Shown here one piece after another: positions 18,067 through 28,126 of a DNA stretch of 64,000 nt (position 1 is the first letter of the stretch; each line of letters starts with the position of its first letter). Position numbers and translations under genes: made by a program. The notes below the pieces were generated by a model that did no database searches, was not told where the DNA came from, and saw only the letters and a list, made by a program, of their open reading frames with translations. Origin of the DNA: Waddliaceae bacterium (GTDB lineage Bacteria; Chlamydiota; Chlamydiia; Chlamydiales; SLOH01); NCBI GenBank assembly GCA_040880105.1, contig JBBDJA010000010.1:41317-105316 (forward strand), written 5' to 3'.

Positions 18067-19011
18067 GTGAAGAGTCGAAAGGTACGCCTAGGAATAGACT
18101 TGATGGGAAGCGAACGTTTTCCATCTGATTTATTTTCAGCATCTATCTCTCAAGTTGAGGATGATGTTGAGTTGCTTTTTTTAGCAACAGATGAGGAAAT
18201 ACCGGAAAACTCTTCATTTTCTTTTCATAGAGTGGACGAGGTGATCACCATGGAAGATGATCCTATCCGCTCTGTCATTTCAAAAAGACAGTCCTCATTA
18301 ATTCAAGGCCTTGAACTTTTAAAACAAGGCGCTATCGATGCATTTATCACATCAGGTAATACAGGTGCTTTAATTGCCGGTTCTACCGCGCTTTTAACTA
18401 AAATGGGATCAATGGAAAGAGCCGGTCTCCTTGCTACCCTACCTTCAAGAAGAGGCGAGTTTATAGCTCTTGATGTCGGAGGAATGCTCTTGTGCAGACC
18501 CAATCATCTTTTGCAGTTTGCTCGCTTTGGGAGCGCTTATATCAGTGTCGTCAATGATATAGAAATGCCAAGAGTCGGACTTCTTAATGTCGGCTCCGAA
18601 TCCGTAAAAGGGACTGAAGAACTGCGCGCTGCCTATCGGCTTCTTGCGGAAGATCAGCCGCATTTTGAATTTATTGGAAATGTGGAACCCGACCAGATTT
18701 TCGAAGATAATGTCGATGTTGTGGTTACAGATGGATTTTCCGGTAATGTTCTATTAAAAACATGCGAGGGTATTTCTTCGCTTATATTTCAGAAACTCAA
18801 AGAAAATCTTTTAACTCAAGAAGGGTTGTATCTGGTCGAAAAGACATTCTGTTCTGCAGAGTATCCAGGTGCTTTGGTTTCCGGAATCGAGTCTGTTGTT
18901 CTTAAGTGTCATGGTCATTCATCAGACACTGCAATTCAACATAGCATTCAACTAGCGACTCGTTTGGTGAGACTTAATGCTCTTTCTCAAATCAGTTCAA
19001 AAATGGTCTGA
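18067..19011 (+). CDS. plsX: Phosphate acyltransferase PlsX
   Basis: GTG start. ..ITSGNTGALIAG.. and ..DGFSGNVLLKTCEG.. are PlsX motifs. Lies directly after rpmF. Confidence 0.93.
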   Translation: MKSRKVRLGIDLMGSERFPSDLFSASISQVEDDVELLFLATDEEIPENSSFSFHRVDEVITMEDDPIRSVISKRQSSLIQGLELLKQGAIDAFITSGNTGALIAGSTALLTKMGSMERAGLLATLPSRRGEFIALDVGGMLLCRPNHLLQFARFGSAYISVVNDIEMPRVGLLNVGSESVKGTEELRAAYRLLAEDQPHFEFIGNVEPDQIFEDNVDVVVTDGFSGNVLLKTCEGISSLIFQKLKENLLTQEGLYLVEKTFCSAEYPGALVSGIESVVLKCHGHSSDTAIQHSIQLATRLVRLNALSQISSKMV

Positions 19012-20141
19012 GCAGCTTCGATGCTTGCGACTTTATCTTTAAGTTTGCTTCGCAAGGTTTTGCATTTTTCAATACAGATCTTACGTGAATCTGTATCTTC
19101 GTGAAGCTCTTCTAGATTTCGAAGAATATTTTTTGGACTCAAACCCTTTGCGATCAGTTCCGGAAATACAGAGTCTTCCATTAAAATATTGACAATACAG
19201 TAGTAGGGAAGGTTGAGTCTCAGGAAGTATTTAGCAATGAGTTTGTTGAACAGGTTTAACTTATACATGACAACAGATGGGCACGAATGTAGCGCAAGTT
19301 CTAGAGTGACACTTCCGGACTTGGCAATTGCGCTCTTGCAATCTTTCATAAGTTCATAAGAGTACGATTTTGGAAGAAGAAATATATTTTCATTAATGAT
19401 TAAAGACTTTCCTTCGAGCATTTGATGCATTGAGGGAATGACTTGTTCGTGAGCGCATGAGATAGCAAAAACAGCATCCGGATATTTCTTTTTGAATTGT
19501 TCAGCGGCTTTTAGTTGGTAGGGGAGATTACTTAACACTTCGCTACGCCTGCTTCCCGGAAAGAGACCGATTAGATGATCACTTTCTCTAATACCAAATA
19601 GACGCTTCCACTGAGGGTCATATGTGTGTTTTTCTACTATCTCTGCAATCGGGTTGCCCACATAAGTCACAGGAAGAGAGGTCTTTTCAAAAAGCTTTTT
19701 TTCAAATGGGAGGATAGTCAGTAAGTGGTCAAGGCAATGTTCCATTTTTTCAATTCTGCCCTTTCCCCATGCCCATACTGAGGGTGATACATACTGAATG
19801 ACTTTCCCTTTATATCCACTGCGCTTTAATGCTGACGCAAGTCTTAAATTAAATCCGGGATAATCGATGAGAATGACAGCGTCCGGTTGAGTAAGAAGAA
19901 TATGATCTTGAACTTGCTTGAGTCGCTTCACCATTTTTCTTAGCGATTTGATAAGGTCCGAAAACCCCATCACTTCAAAATCTTCAGCGCGCATTACGGC
20001 TTCTACACCATTATCTCGCATAGTTGCACCTGCGACGCCCTGCAGTACATGATTCGGGAATTTTTCTTTTAAAGAGAGAGCAAGCATCCCTCCTAGTAGA
20101 TCACCGCTTTTTTCTCCGGCCATGATAAAAAGTGACTTCAT
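18987..20141 (-). CDS. lpxB: Lipid-A-disaccharide synthase
   Basis: MKSLFIMAGEKSGDLLGG.. and ..VIQYVSPSVWAWGKGRI.. match E. coli LpxB (GETSGD, YVSPSVWAW). The 3' end overlaps the convergent plsX by 25 nt. Confidence 0.93.
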   Translation of the reverse strand: MKSLFIMAGEKSGDLLGGMLALSLKEKFPNHVLQGVAGATMRDNGVEAVMRAEDFEVMGFSDLIKSLRKMVKRLKQVQDHILLTQPDAVILIDYPGFNLRLASALKRSGYKGKVIQYVSPSVWAWGKGRIEKMEHCLDHLLTILPFEKKLFEKTSLPVTYVGNPIAEIVEKHTYDPQWKRLFGIRESDHLIGLFPGSRRSEVLSNLPYQLKAAEQFKKKYPDAVFAISCAHEQVIPSMHQMLEGKSLIINENIFLLPKSYSYELMKDCKSAIAKSGSVTLELALHSCPSVVMYKLNLFNKLIAKYFLRLNLPYYCIVNILMEDSVFPELIAKGLSPKNILRNLEELHEDTDSRKICIEKCKTLRSKLKDKVASIEAAQTIFELI

Positions 20142-20788
20142 GCGCTTTTCTCCCTTGAAAGTAAAATGAGATTGCGAGCATACGGCACAAGGCTAAGTAG
20201 AGGCCCAGTGACATTAATAAAATCTTGGATGTAGACAAAGTAGACGAGAGTTAAAATGCTACCAGCGCCGCTGATCCAAAAAAATAGAGGGGTAAGCAGA
20301 CTCGTTTGGTTTTTCTCCGCTTGCCACCATTGCACCCAGAAACGAGATGCAAAAAGAGTCATTCCAATGACCCCAAGCATGTGCCAAGGCCATCCGACTG
20401 CTCTGCTTGGTTGATGCCAAAGTGATGAGGGGATACGAAACCATTCAGTAGACGTCATCCAATAGATTCCCGTACAACATGATAACGTTAAAAAAAGAAG
20501 GAAGATTGTCTGTTTAGCAGAGTATCGTTTGTCGCTCATCAAGTTAAGGTTGCGCCAAGAGATAAACGCGCCGCCGACCTGGGTTAAAAAAAGGTGAAAC
20601 TGTAGTTGAATAAAGGCATGAATCATCAAAGAGAGGTTCCCTAAAATTGATAACTGCCAAAATCCTTTTGTGACATATGATTTTCCATTTGCCTCACTGA
20701 GGATCCATTGGTAAATCACGCGGCCGCCAAAGAGGATTTGCGCGCAAAGACCCAAAGGGTAGAGGACAACTCGAAGAGAATCATCCAT
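20138..20788 (-). CDS. Membrane protein with two lipid-A-biosynthesis N-terminal (LAB_N-type) repeats
   Basis: 216 aa, about 6 TM segments, with two similar halves (..AQILFGGRVIYQWILSE.. and ..LFASRFWVQWWQAEKN..). ATGA overlap with lpxB and an 8-nt overlap with the upstream GT2 gene. Confidence 0.7.
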   Translation of the reverse strand: MDDSLRVVLYPLGLCAQILFGGRVIYQWILSEANGKSYVTKGFWQLSILGNLSLMIHAFIQLQFHLFLTQVGGAFISWRNLNLMSDKRYSAKQTIFLLFLTLSCCTGIYWMTSTEWFRIPSSLWHQPSRAVGWPWHMLGVIGMTLFASRFWVQWWQAEKNQTSLLTPLFFWISGAGSILTLVYFVYIQDFINVTGPLLSLVPYARNLILLSREKSA

Positions 20789-21503
20789 TTTTGATCCGAT
20801 AGTTAATCACGCGTTTGCGCATCCATCGAACGGCTAAAAGATCGGCGATTGTATTGAATGAACGGTTGAAGAAGTTGTACTTGGTTTGACCTTCTGTGCG
20901 CGGTCTGTGATTAACATCGACTTCTTTAATTGAAAATCCCTCAATAGAAAATAGCGCAGGTAGGAAACGGTGCATGCCGTTATACATTTTTATCTTTTGT
21001 AAACAGCTCTTCTTGTAAATCTTTAGTGAACATCCCGTGTCCTTTACCGGATCTTCTAAAAGGTAGTTGCGAAGGGCGTTTGCAAGTTTTGAAGTGAGGC
21101 GTTTGACAAGAGTGTCTTTCCGTTTTTTTCGACGACCGCATACAAGATCATATCCCTTACCCTCATCAATTAACATCGGAATGTCCCGAGGATCGTTTTG
21201 GCGATCTCCATCTAGTGTGATGACATACTCTCCCTTTGCAGCCTCAAAACCTGCAGCAAACGCGCTTGACTGTCCGTAATTTTTGTTAAAGGCGATCACT
21301 TTTAAAAATGGTTTGTTCTTGGATAAATCTTTAAGAATAGGAAGGGTTTGATCCGTCGACCCATCATCAATACATATGAGTTCCCATGGCTTTTGAAGGC
21401 CGTTCATCACTTCTTCGACCTCTTGAATTAGCAAAGAAATGTTTCCCTCTTCATTTTTCAGGGGTATGACAATTGAATACAGAAGGCTCACCCTTCCCTC
21501 CAC
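20781..21503 (-). CDS. Family-2 glycosyltransferase, polyprenyl-phosphate sugar synthase type (ArnC/GtrB/DPM1-like)
   Basis: YSIVIPLKNEE.., ..ICIDDGSTDQT.., ..ITLDGDRQNDP.. (DxD). Has a soluble GT-A domain without C-terminal TM helices. GTG start at 21503, or alternatively 21491. Confidence 0.85.
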   Translation of the reverse strand: MEGRVSLLYSIVIPLKNEEGNISLLIQEVEEVMNGLQKPWELICIDDGSTDQTLPILKDLSKNKPFLKVIAFNKNYGQSSAFAAGFEAAKGEYVITLDGDRQNDPRDIPMLIDEGKGYDLVCGRRKKRKDTLVKRLTSKLANALRNYLLEDPVKDTGCSLKIYKKSCLQKIKMYNGMHRFLPALFSIEGFSIKEVDVNHRPRTEGQTKYNFFNRSFNTIADLLAVRWMRKRVINYRIKNG

Positions 21504-21570
21504 GGATTATAAGTAGAAAAGATCATAGCGGATAGGAAGATAAAAATTCAATGTGAGAGAGCGTTAAAAT

Positions 21571-22326
21571 TTAATCGATTAGTTTGTTTTTAAGCCAAGA
21601 TGCGCCGTCGGAGAAAATTTTATCTGGAGTCCCATGCCCCTTAAAACCGATTGAGGGGTACATCACAAGTTCAATTTTTGGAGAGCGAATGCCGGAGTTA
21701 GCAGCGGCATTGATAACAGACAGTAAGCTTTCAATGCAGTGTTCTGTCCCTACACGTTCGTCTCGGTTCCCAATATAGTATTTGATTTGTTTTGAGATCA
21801 GCTGGTCCTTCATAGCAACAACAGAAAATGGATCTTCTTTCAGAAAGTCAAAAGTTTGCAAAACTGTAAGATCTGTTACAGGGGCAAATCCAAGAATAAA
21901 TGAGACCCTTGGTTCTTTAGCGGCAAGAGCTGAGGCGATATATCCTCCTCTTGATATCCCGGCAGTTGCCAGGCGCGCCGGATCTGTGTACCCTTGCTTG
22001 ATAACAAAATCAATCGCTTCGAGACATTGCTCAATGAACGGTGAAATAAAGTTGCGCCCCTCTGATAGAGCCTCTGCCCATTTCTTCATTGATTTTGTGT
22101 GTGGAAGGTCATTTGTGTGATAAGGCAAAGTCAGAGAAAAAACGCGGCAATTATGGGAGGAAAGAAGTTTTGGAACTTTTGAGAATGGAAGTAGATTTAA
22201 ACTCTCCTCTCCTGTGAGAGCAAAATAAAAAAGTGTGGGGAGCGATCCTTGCGAAAGAGACGGGCCTAGGTGATAAAGGGTGGTTCCCGCCTCTGTTTTT
22301 AGAATATCAATTTCGCTATTTGTCAT
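21571..22326 (-). CDS. Alpha/beta-hydrolase (esterase/peptidase S9-like)
   Basis: Nucleophile elbow G-I-S-R-G-G and a C-terminal ..GHG.. 251 aa. ATGA overlap with pcnB. Confidence 0.75.
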   Translation of the reverse strand: MTNSEIDILKTEAGTTLYHLGPSLSQGSLPTLFYFALTGEESLNLLPFSKVPKLLSSHNCRVFSLTLPYHTNDLPHTKSMKKWAEALSEGRNFISPFIEQCLEAIDFVIKQGYTDPARLATAGISRGGYIASALAAKEPRVSFILGFAPVTDLTVLQTFDFLKEDPFSVVAMKDQLISKQIKYYIGNRDERVGTEHCIESLLSVINAAANSGIRSPKIELVMYPSIGFKGHGTPDKIFSDGASWLKNKLID

Positions 22327-23528
22327 GCTTTAGGTTTAGGCGGCGGATGTTTCTTCCTTTTATGGATTTGTGTATTCTTATGATGAAAATTTTTCCAGGA
22401 ATCGTAGTCGTCTTGTAGTTCTCGGTTAGCTAATGCTCGGACTTTTAAAAATTGCAGAGCATCGACAAACTCGCGATTGGTTAACATTTTTTTGCGCATA
22501 TTGCGTTTTTTTGAAATAGGAGTCAACTTATATTGCGTGGATAGAATATAGCTGACTTGAGCTGCCATACGTCTTGGAAAATGAGAGAAGGTGCTGCTCA
22601 CAACATCGCGAATTAGTGAGGAGATTTCAAGAATCACATCCCCAAGCGTCGGATGCTCTATCTTTTCCAGTTGTAATTCAAGCATCGGAAAAAGTAGGCA
22701 GGACATACATACAGAGCGAGGCGGTGCTATGTTTTTTAGCAAATCAACCCCTTTGAGTAACTTAAAGACGTAATCTGATTGTGCTGTTGTTAAAAAATGA
22801 TCCAGAGTCGGGAACACAATCTTTAAAATTCCGGATTTGTGCAGCAAATAGAAAAACGGCGCTGCGTAACCGGACTCTAACATACGTAGCAGCTCTTCAA
22901 GCACTCTTGCAGGAGAGCTGTGGGCGATATGCTCTTTACATTTCAATAACGCTTGCTTGGTTTGCTCATCTACATGGAAGCCAAACCTCGCCCGAAATTT
23001 GAGCAATCGGATCATTCTGACCGGGTCTTGTTTAAAGCGAATGAGAGGGTCTCCAATAGAGCGGAGTGTATTCTTATGGATGTCTTCCCAACCGTCGACA
23101 TAGTCGATGATTTCTCTTGTCAATGGGTTGAAGTAAAGACCGTTAATTGTAAAATCTCGGCGCAGCACATCCTCTTCTTCAGAACCCCATTGATTATCCC
23201 GGATAATCAAATCGCTTTCATTATCGCCTGAGCGAAACGTTGCAACTTCAATAATTTTATTTCCAAATCTAATGTGAGCAAGTCGGAACCGTCTGCCGAT
23301 TAGGATGCATTTACGTCGAAATACAGCCTTGATTTCCTCCGGTTTCGCCGTTGTGGAGACATCGAAATCTTTCGGTTTCCGATGTGTGAGCAGATCGCGT
23401 ACAGAACCTCCGACAAGATAGGCTTTGTAGCCTGCCTCTACGAGTTTCTGGACGACGTATAATGCTTCGTTGTCAATTTGTACCGGATCGATATCGTGAT
23501 CTGTTGCGTAATATATTTTTGGGCGCAC
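22323..23528 (-). CDS. pcnB: Poly(A) polymerase I / tRNA nucleotidyltransferase family
   Basis: ..YLVGGSVRDLLTHRKPKDFDVSTTAKPEEIKAVFRRKCILIGRRFRLAHIRFGNKIIEVATFR.. closely parallels E. coli PcnB. Has a basic C-terminal tail. Confidence 0.88.
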   Translation of the reverse strand: MRPKIYYATDHDIDPVQIDNEALYVVQKLVEAGYKAYLVGGSVRDLLTHRKPKDFDVSTTAKPEEIKAVFRRKCILIGRRFRLAHIRFGNKIIEVATFRSGDNESDLIIRDNQWGSEEEDVLRRDFTINGLYFNPLTREIIDYVDGWEDIHKNTLRSIGDPLIRFKQDPVRMIRLLKFRARFGFHVDEQTKQALLKCKEHIAHSSPARVLEELLRMLESGYAAPFFYLLHKSGILKIVFPTLDHFLTTAQSDYVFKLLKGVDLLKNIAPPRSVCMSCLLFPMLELQLEKIEHPTLGDVILEISSLIRDVVSSTFSHFPRRMAAQVSYILSTQYKLTPISKKRNMRKKMLTNREFVDALQFLKVRALANRELQDDYDSWKNFHHKNTQIHKRKKHPPPKPKA

Positions 23529-23607
23529 AACTTCTAAGCTCTTGATTGTAGATAAAGGAAGATTATATTAGACTTCCAAACTTGAAGTCAATCAATCTTG
23601 GTTTAGA

Positions 23608-24978
23608 ATGAGCAGTAAAGAGCATTATAAAATTTTTGGAACGGATGGAGTAAGGGGAAGAGCGAACCATTTTCCCATGACAGTTGAGGTTGCACTCGCC
23701 CTTGGAAGGTCTGCCGGTAAGATGTTTAGGCGCCATAAAGGACGTCATCGTGTCGTTATCGGAAAAGATACACGACGCTCTTGCTACATGTTTGAAAATG
23801 CGCTGATTGCCGGGCTTTGTTCGATGGGTGTTGATACCCTAATGGTAGGTCCTCTTCCGACTCCGGGCGTTGCATTTTTGACCCGCGCATATCGTGCAGA
23901 TGCCGGAATCGTGATTTCTGCCTCGCATAACCCATACTATGATAACGGAATTAAATTCTTCTCTCCCGATGGGTTTAAGTTATCTAATGAATGGGAAGAA
24001 GAGATGGAACGGAACTTAGAGTTGTGTGACTTTAGCGATGATCTTCCTGGTGACGCCGAGATTGGAAGGAACACAAAAGTCCATGATGCTCAAGGGCGAT
24101 ATATCGAACTGGCAAAGGCAGTGTATCCTCGGGGATTGACACTAGACGGATTTAAAATTGCACTTGATTGTGCAAATGGTTCTGCTTACACCGTGGCTCC
24201 TTTAATTTTCACAGAGCTTGGAGGCGATGTAATTACTTATGGTGTTCAACCTAACGGATTAAATATCAACGACAATTGTGGGGCTCTTCATCCTGAAAAT
24301 GTCAGAAATGCCGTATTGAAGCATCAAGCAGATATTGGAATCGCATTAGATGGTGACGGGGATCGGCTGATTCTTGTGGATGAACTTGGAAATATTATTG
24401 ACGGGGATCAAATTCTTGCGATTTGTGCAATGAATATGATGGAAAGAAAGATGTTGCGTGGCAACCGATTAGTCCTTACTTCCATGAGTAATTTAGGAAT
24501 AGTTAAACATCTCAATGAAATAGGCATTCAAACGATTTTTTCTGATGTAGGTGATCGACATGTCATCGAAAAGATGATCGAGGAAGACGCAAATCTAGGT
24601 GGCGAACAAAGTGGTCATTTGATTTTTCTTGATCATAATACCACCGGAGACGGCCTTGTTTCCGCTCTTCAAGTTTTATCCATTCTGAAAGAGAGAGGAA
24701 CGACGTTATCAGAGCTAGCGGGTCAGTTCTTAAAATATCCTCAGATCTGTCTAAATGTTAAAGTAAGCCAGAAACCTCCTTTAGAAAGCTTGCCGAATAC
24801 ACAAAATGCAATAGATAAGGCCACCAAAAAACTAGGGGAGGAAGGACGTGTATTTGTGCGCTATTCCGGAACAGAAGATCTTCTTCGAGTAATGGTTGAG
24901 GCAAAAGAGGGAGAAGTGGTTGAAGAATTAGCCACAAGCATAGCCAATGCTGCAAAAGAAGAGATAGGAGAGAGATAA
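23608..24978 (+). CDS. glmM: Phosphoglucosamine mutase
   Basis: FGTDGVRGRAN.., ..ISASHNPYYDNGIKFF.., ..ALDGDGDR... Confidence 0.96.
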   Translation: MSSKEHYKIFGTDGVRGRANHFPMTVEVALALGRSAGKMFRRHKGRHRVVIGKDTRRSCYMFENALIAGLCSMGVDTLMVGPLPTPGVAFLTRAYRADAGIVISASHNPYYDNGIKFFSPDGFKLSNEWEEEMERNLELCDFSDDLPGDAEIGRNTKVHDAQGRYIELAKAVYPRGLTLDGFKIALDCANGSAYTVAPLIFTELGGDVITYGVQPNGLNINDNCGALHPENVRNAVLKHQADIGIALDGDGDRLILVDELGNIIDGDQILAICAMNMMERKMLRGNRLVLTSMSNLGIVKHLNEIGIQTIFSDVGDRHVIEKMIEEDANLGGEQSGHLIFLDHNTTGDGLVSALQVLSILKERGTTLSELAGQFLKYPQICLNVKVSQKPPLESLPNTQNAIDKATKKLGEEGRVFVRYSGTEDLLRVMVEAKEGEVVEELATSIANAAKEEIGER

Positions 24979-24980
24979 TT

Positions 24981-26807
24981 ATGTGCGGGATTTTTGGTTA
25001 CGTCAATACTTGCGATCCCATTCAAAAAGTCATTAAGGGATTAAAACATCTTGAGTACAGAGGTTACGACTCTTCGGGGATTGCAGGCCTGTTTAATGGC
25101 AAGTTGGAATGTGTCAAAGCAGTTGGAAAAGTCGAAGAGCTTGAAAAGGCAATTGAAGAGAGGCAATTGAAACTCGATATTGCAATCGGCCATACTAGAT
25201 GGGCAACGCACGGAAAGCCTGCCAAAAAGAATGCACACCCGCATCTTGATGAAAGTAGAAGTTTAGCAGTTGTGCATAATGGGATTATTGAGAATCACCA
25301 TGAATTGCGAGAAATGCTAGAAAAAGAAGGTGTAAAATTTCTATCCGAGACAGACACTGAGGTAATCGCCCACTTAATCAGCCATTTTTATAATGGCGAC
25401 TTAATTGAAGCACTAAAAAAGGCTATTCCACTTCTGCACGGTTCGTTTGCAATCGGATGTATTCATAAAGACTATCCCGGAACATTAATAGGAATTGCAA
25501 AAGATTCTCCATTGGTTGTTGGAGTGGGAAAAGGCGAGTCTTTTCTTTCTTCAGATTCCCAAGCTTTTTCAGAGTATACAAAAGAGGTCTTTTATTTATC
25601 AGACGGCGAGATTGCAGTCATCCAAAAAGATAAAATTGAGATCTATTCATCCACACTTGAAATCATTAAAAAAGAGACAGAAATTCTTTCCGACAGTGTA
25701 AACATAATCACAAAAGAAGGTTATGCTCACTATACATTGAAAGAAATTTTTGATCAGCCTCAAGCTCTTAAGAACTGCCTACTCTCTCGCTTTTCAGAAG
25801 AGTGGGGAAGTGCGATTTTTGAAGAGCTTCCGTTCGATCCAAAAGAATTTCTCTCGATTAATAATATTTTGATCGTCGCTTGCGGCACATCTTCGCATGC
25901 GGGAATCCTTGGCCATTATCTTCTGGAGGGGTTAGCAAGAATACCCGCTCGCGTCGAGTTTTCATCAGAGTTACGCTATCAAAACCCGATAGTCCCTAAA
26001 GGGACTCTTGTGATTGCGATTAGCCAGTCAGGGGAAACTGCCGATACGATCGCAGCTGTTAGAGAAATGAAGTCAAAAGGGGCGATGATACTTGCGCTTT
26101 GCAATGTCTACTCTTCCACATTAACGCGCATTGCAGACGGAACGATTTTTTTACGCGCAGGTCCTGAGATCGGAGTGTGTTCAACAAAGGCTTTTGTCAA
26201 CCAAGTCGCAGTGATTACTCTACTTTCTACCATGTTTGCAAGACTACATCATATGAGCAAAGAGAAGGGAAGGCGGATTTTTGAAGAGATCCAAAAGCTG
26301 CCTGAAATGATTCAGCAAGTCCTGGATCAATCAGAGCAGATCCAAAAGCTCGCAGAAAAATATAACGCATACAATAACTTTTTTTATATTGGGCGTCGAT
26401 ATATGTACCCGACTGCCTTAGAAGGGGCTCTCAAGCTTAAAGAGATTGCCTATGTGAATGCTAACGGGTATGCAGCAGGTGAGATGAAACACGGTCCGAT
26501 TGCCTTAATTAACGAAGATTGTCCGACAATTGCCTTTTGTGCAGATGAAAGTACGTATGAAAAAATGGTTTCAAATATTTTAGAAATTAAATCAAGGAAT
26601 GGAAAGGTAATTGCAATTGCTCCTTTTCATAGCCCGCGCATTGAATCTATTGCTGATGATGTCATTTATGTACCAAAAACGCTTGATGAACTATCGGCAA
26701 TACCCTCCACTGTCGCAGCGCAACTTTTTGCCTATTATTTTGCACTAAAGCGTGGGACAGAAATTGACCAGCCTCGAAATTTAGCCAAATCCGTAACTGT
26801 CGAATGA
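24981..26807 (+). CDS. glmS: Glutamine--fructose-6-phosphate aminotransferase
   Basis: MCGIFGY.. is a class-II amidotransferase N-terminus. Has two SIS domains and ends ..AKSVTVE. Confidence 0.97.
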   Translation: MCGIFGYVNTCDPIQKVIKGLKHLEYRGYDSSGIAGLFNGKLECVKAVGKVEELEKAIEERQLKLDIAIGHTRWATHGKPAKKNAHPHLDESRSLAVVHNGIIENHHELREMLEKEGVKFLSETDTEVIAHLISHFYNGDLIEALKKAIPLLHGSFAIGCIHKDYPGTLIGIAKDSPLVVGVGKGESFLSSDSQAFSEYTKEVFYLSDGEIAVIQKDKIEIYSSTLEIIKKETEILSDSVNIITKEGYAHYTLKEIFDQPQALKNCLLSRFSEEWGSAIFEELPFDPKEFLSINNILIVACGTSSHAGILGHYLLEGLARIPARVEFSSELRYQNPIVPKGTLVIAISQSGETADTIAAVREMKSKGAMILALCNVYSSTLTRIADGTIFLRAGPEIGVCSTKAFVNQVAVITLLSTMFARLHHMSKEKGRRIFEEIQKLPEMIQQVLDQSEQIQKLAEKYNAYNNFFYIGRRYMYPTALEGALKLKEIAYVNANGYAAGEMKHGPIALINEDCPTIAFCADESTYEKMVSNILEIKSRNGKVIAIAPFHSPRIESIADDVIYVPKTLDELSAIPSTVAAQLFAYYFALKRGTEIDQPRNLAKSVTVE

Positions 26808-27982
26808 GAAATACAAATTCATTAGTTGGCGGGATATTACTTGTAGCAGGAACCTCTATTGGCGCCGGAATGCTTGGTCTTCCTGTTTTAACAGCTCAAA
26901 TCGGGTTTCTACCCACATGTCTTATTTATACAATCGCATGGGCCATTATGGCATCCACTGGACTGTTGCTTCTTGAAGTGACTCTTTGGTTCCAGGCACG
27001 CACGAATCTGGTTTCTATGGCTAAAGAGACACTTGGGTTTTGGGGTGCAGCCTTCGCATGGGTCATTTACTTATTTTTCTTCTACTTTTTGACTCTTGCC
27101 TATATCACAGGATGCGGAAAGTTTTTGACCTTTCTCTCGGATGGAGCGATCCCCGAGTGGTTATCTCCAGCTATTTTTGTGCTTCTTTTTTCCCCTTTTG
27201 TTATTTACGGGGCTCACTTGCTTAGTCAGGTGAATGCTGTGATGGTTGTTGGACTTATTGTGAGTTTTGTCTCATTTCTCGTGCTTGGGTTTTCTCACAT
27301 ACATCTCCCGATTTTAGAGACAGCCGATTGGTCTGCTGCGATATTTGCCCTTCCTATCTCCTTTGCAGCATTTGGGTTTCAAGGTGTGATACCAAGTCTT
27401 GGACATTATTTTAATTACAATAGGAAGAAAACCCAGACTGCAATCGTTTTAGGGTCGCTGATTCCACTTGTAATCTATACGATCTGGGAGGCCTTTATTT
27501 TGGGAATCGTCCCCTTAGATGGCCCCAACAGTTTAAGTGAAGCTCTCATTCAAGGAGAAGAGGTGGTTGCGCCCCTTGCTAAACAGCTTAAAAATTCAAA
27601 AGTTGCATATTTAGCGCAAGTTTTTGGCTTCTTTGCTCTTTCTACCTCCTTTTTTGGAGTGACTCTTGGATTAATGGACTTTCTCTCCGATGGGCTAAAA
27701 ATTCCAAAAAGGGGTGCATATCGCCTTCTTCTTGGCGCCTTAGTTTTCTTTCCGCCTGTATTAGTCGCTATGATAGACCCAAGATTATTTTTGACCGCTC
27801 TCGGTGTGGCTGGGGGATTTGGAGGCGCTCTACTTTTAGGCCTGTTGCCGATTCTTATGTTCTTTTCAGGAAAATACTATCTAAAGCTTAAGACAAAACT
27901 TCCTGTAGGGAAATTAGGTCTATTTTTGATTACAGTGATTGTTTTTATGGTTGTCGTGATTGAAATTCTACATCTAGTATAA
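26804..27982 (+). CDS. tyrP: Aromatic amino acid (Tyr/Trp) permease, HAAAP family
   Basis: ..GGILLVAGTSIGAGMLGLPV.. with about 11 TM helices. ATGA overlap with glmS. The glmM-glmS-tyrP order is the same as in Chlamydia. Confidence 0.88.
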   Translation: MRNTNSLVGGILLVAGTSIGAGMLGLPVLTAQIGFLPTCLIYTIAWAIMASTGLLLLEVTLWFQARTNLVSMAKETLGFWGAAFAWVIYLFFFYFLTLAYITGCGKFLTFLSDGAIPEWLSPAIFVLLFSPFVIYGAHLLSQVNAVMVVGLIVSFVSFLVLGFSHIHLPILETADWSAAIFALPISFAAFGFQGVIPSLGHYFNYNRKKTQTAIVLGSLIPLVIYTIWEAFILGIVPLDGPNSLSEALIQGEEVVAPLAKQLKNSKVAYLAQVFGFFALSTSFFGVTLGLMDFLSDGLKIPKRGAYRLLLGALVFFPPVLVAMIDPRLFLTALGVAGGFGGALLLGLLPILMFFSGKYYLKLKTKLPVGKLGLFLITVIVFMVVVIEILHLV

Positions 27983-27985
27983 AAA

Positions 27986-28104
27986 ATAGCCCACCCGTTA
28001 CACACGCTCTTCAGACTTATAACGAACTTTAATCAACTTGATAAACAAATCTCATTTTAAGTTCTAAGTTTTTTCCCAAAGAGCGTGTGAAACGGGCAGG
28101 CTAT
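27986..28104. repeat. Long imperfect inverted repeat (27-nt arms, ~67-nt spacer) between convergent tyrP and the Gly/Tyr/Arg-rich gene
   Basis: Left arm is atagcc cac CCGTTACACACGCTCTT (27986-28011). Right arm is AAGAGCGTGTGAAACGG gca ggctat (28079-28104). The core is 18 bp with 1 mismatch. Confidence 0.85.
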
Positions 28105-28126
28105 CAATACTTCATACTATTATATA

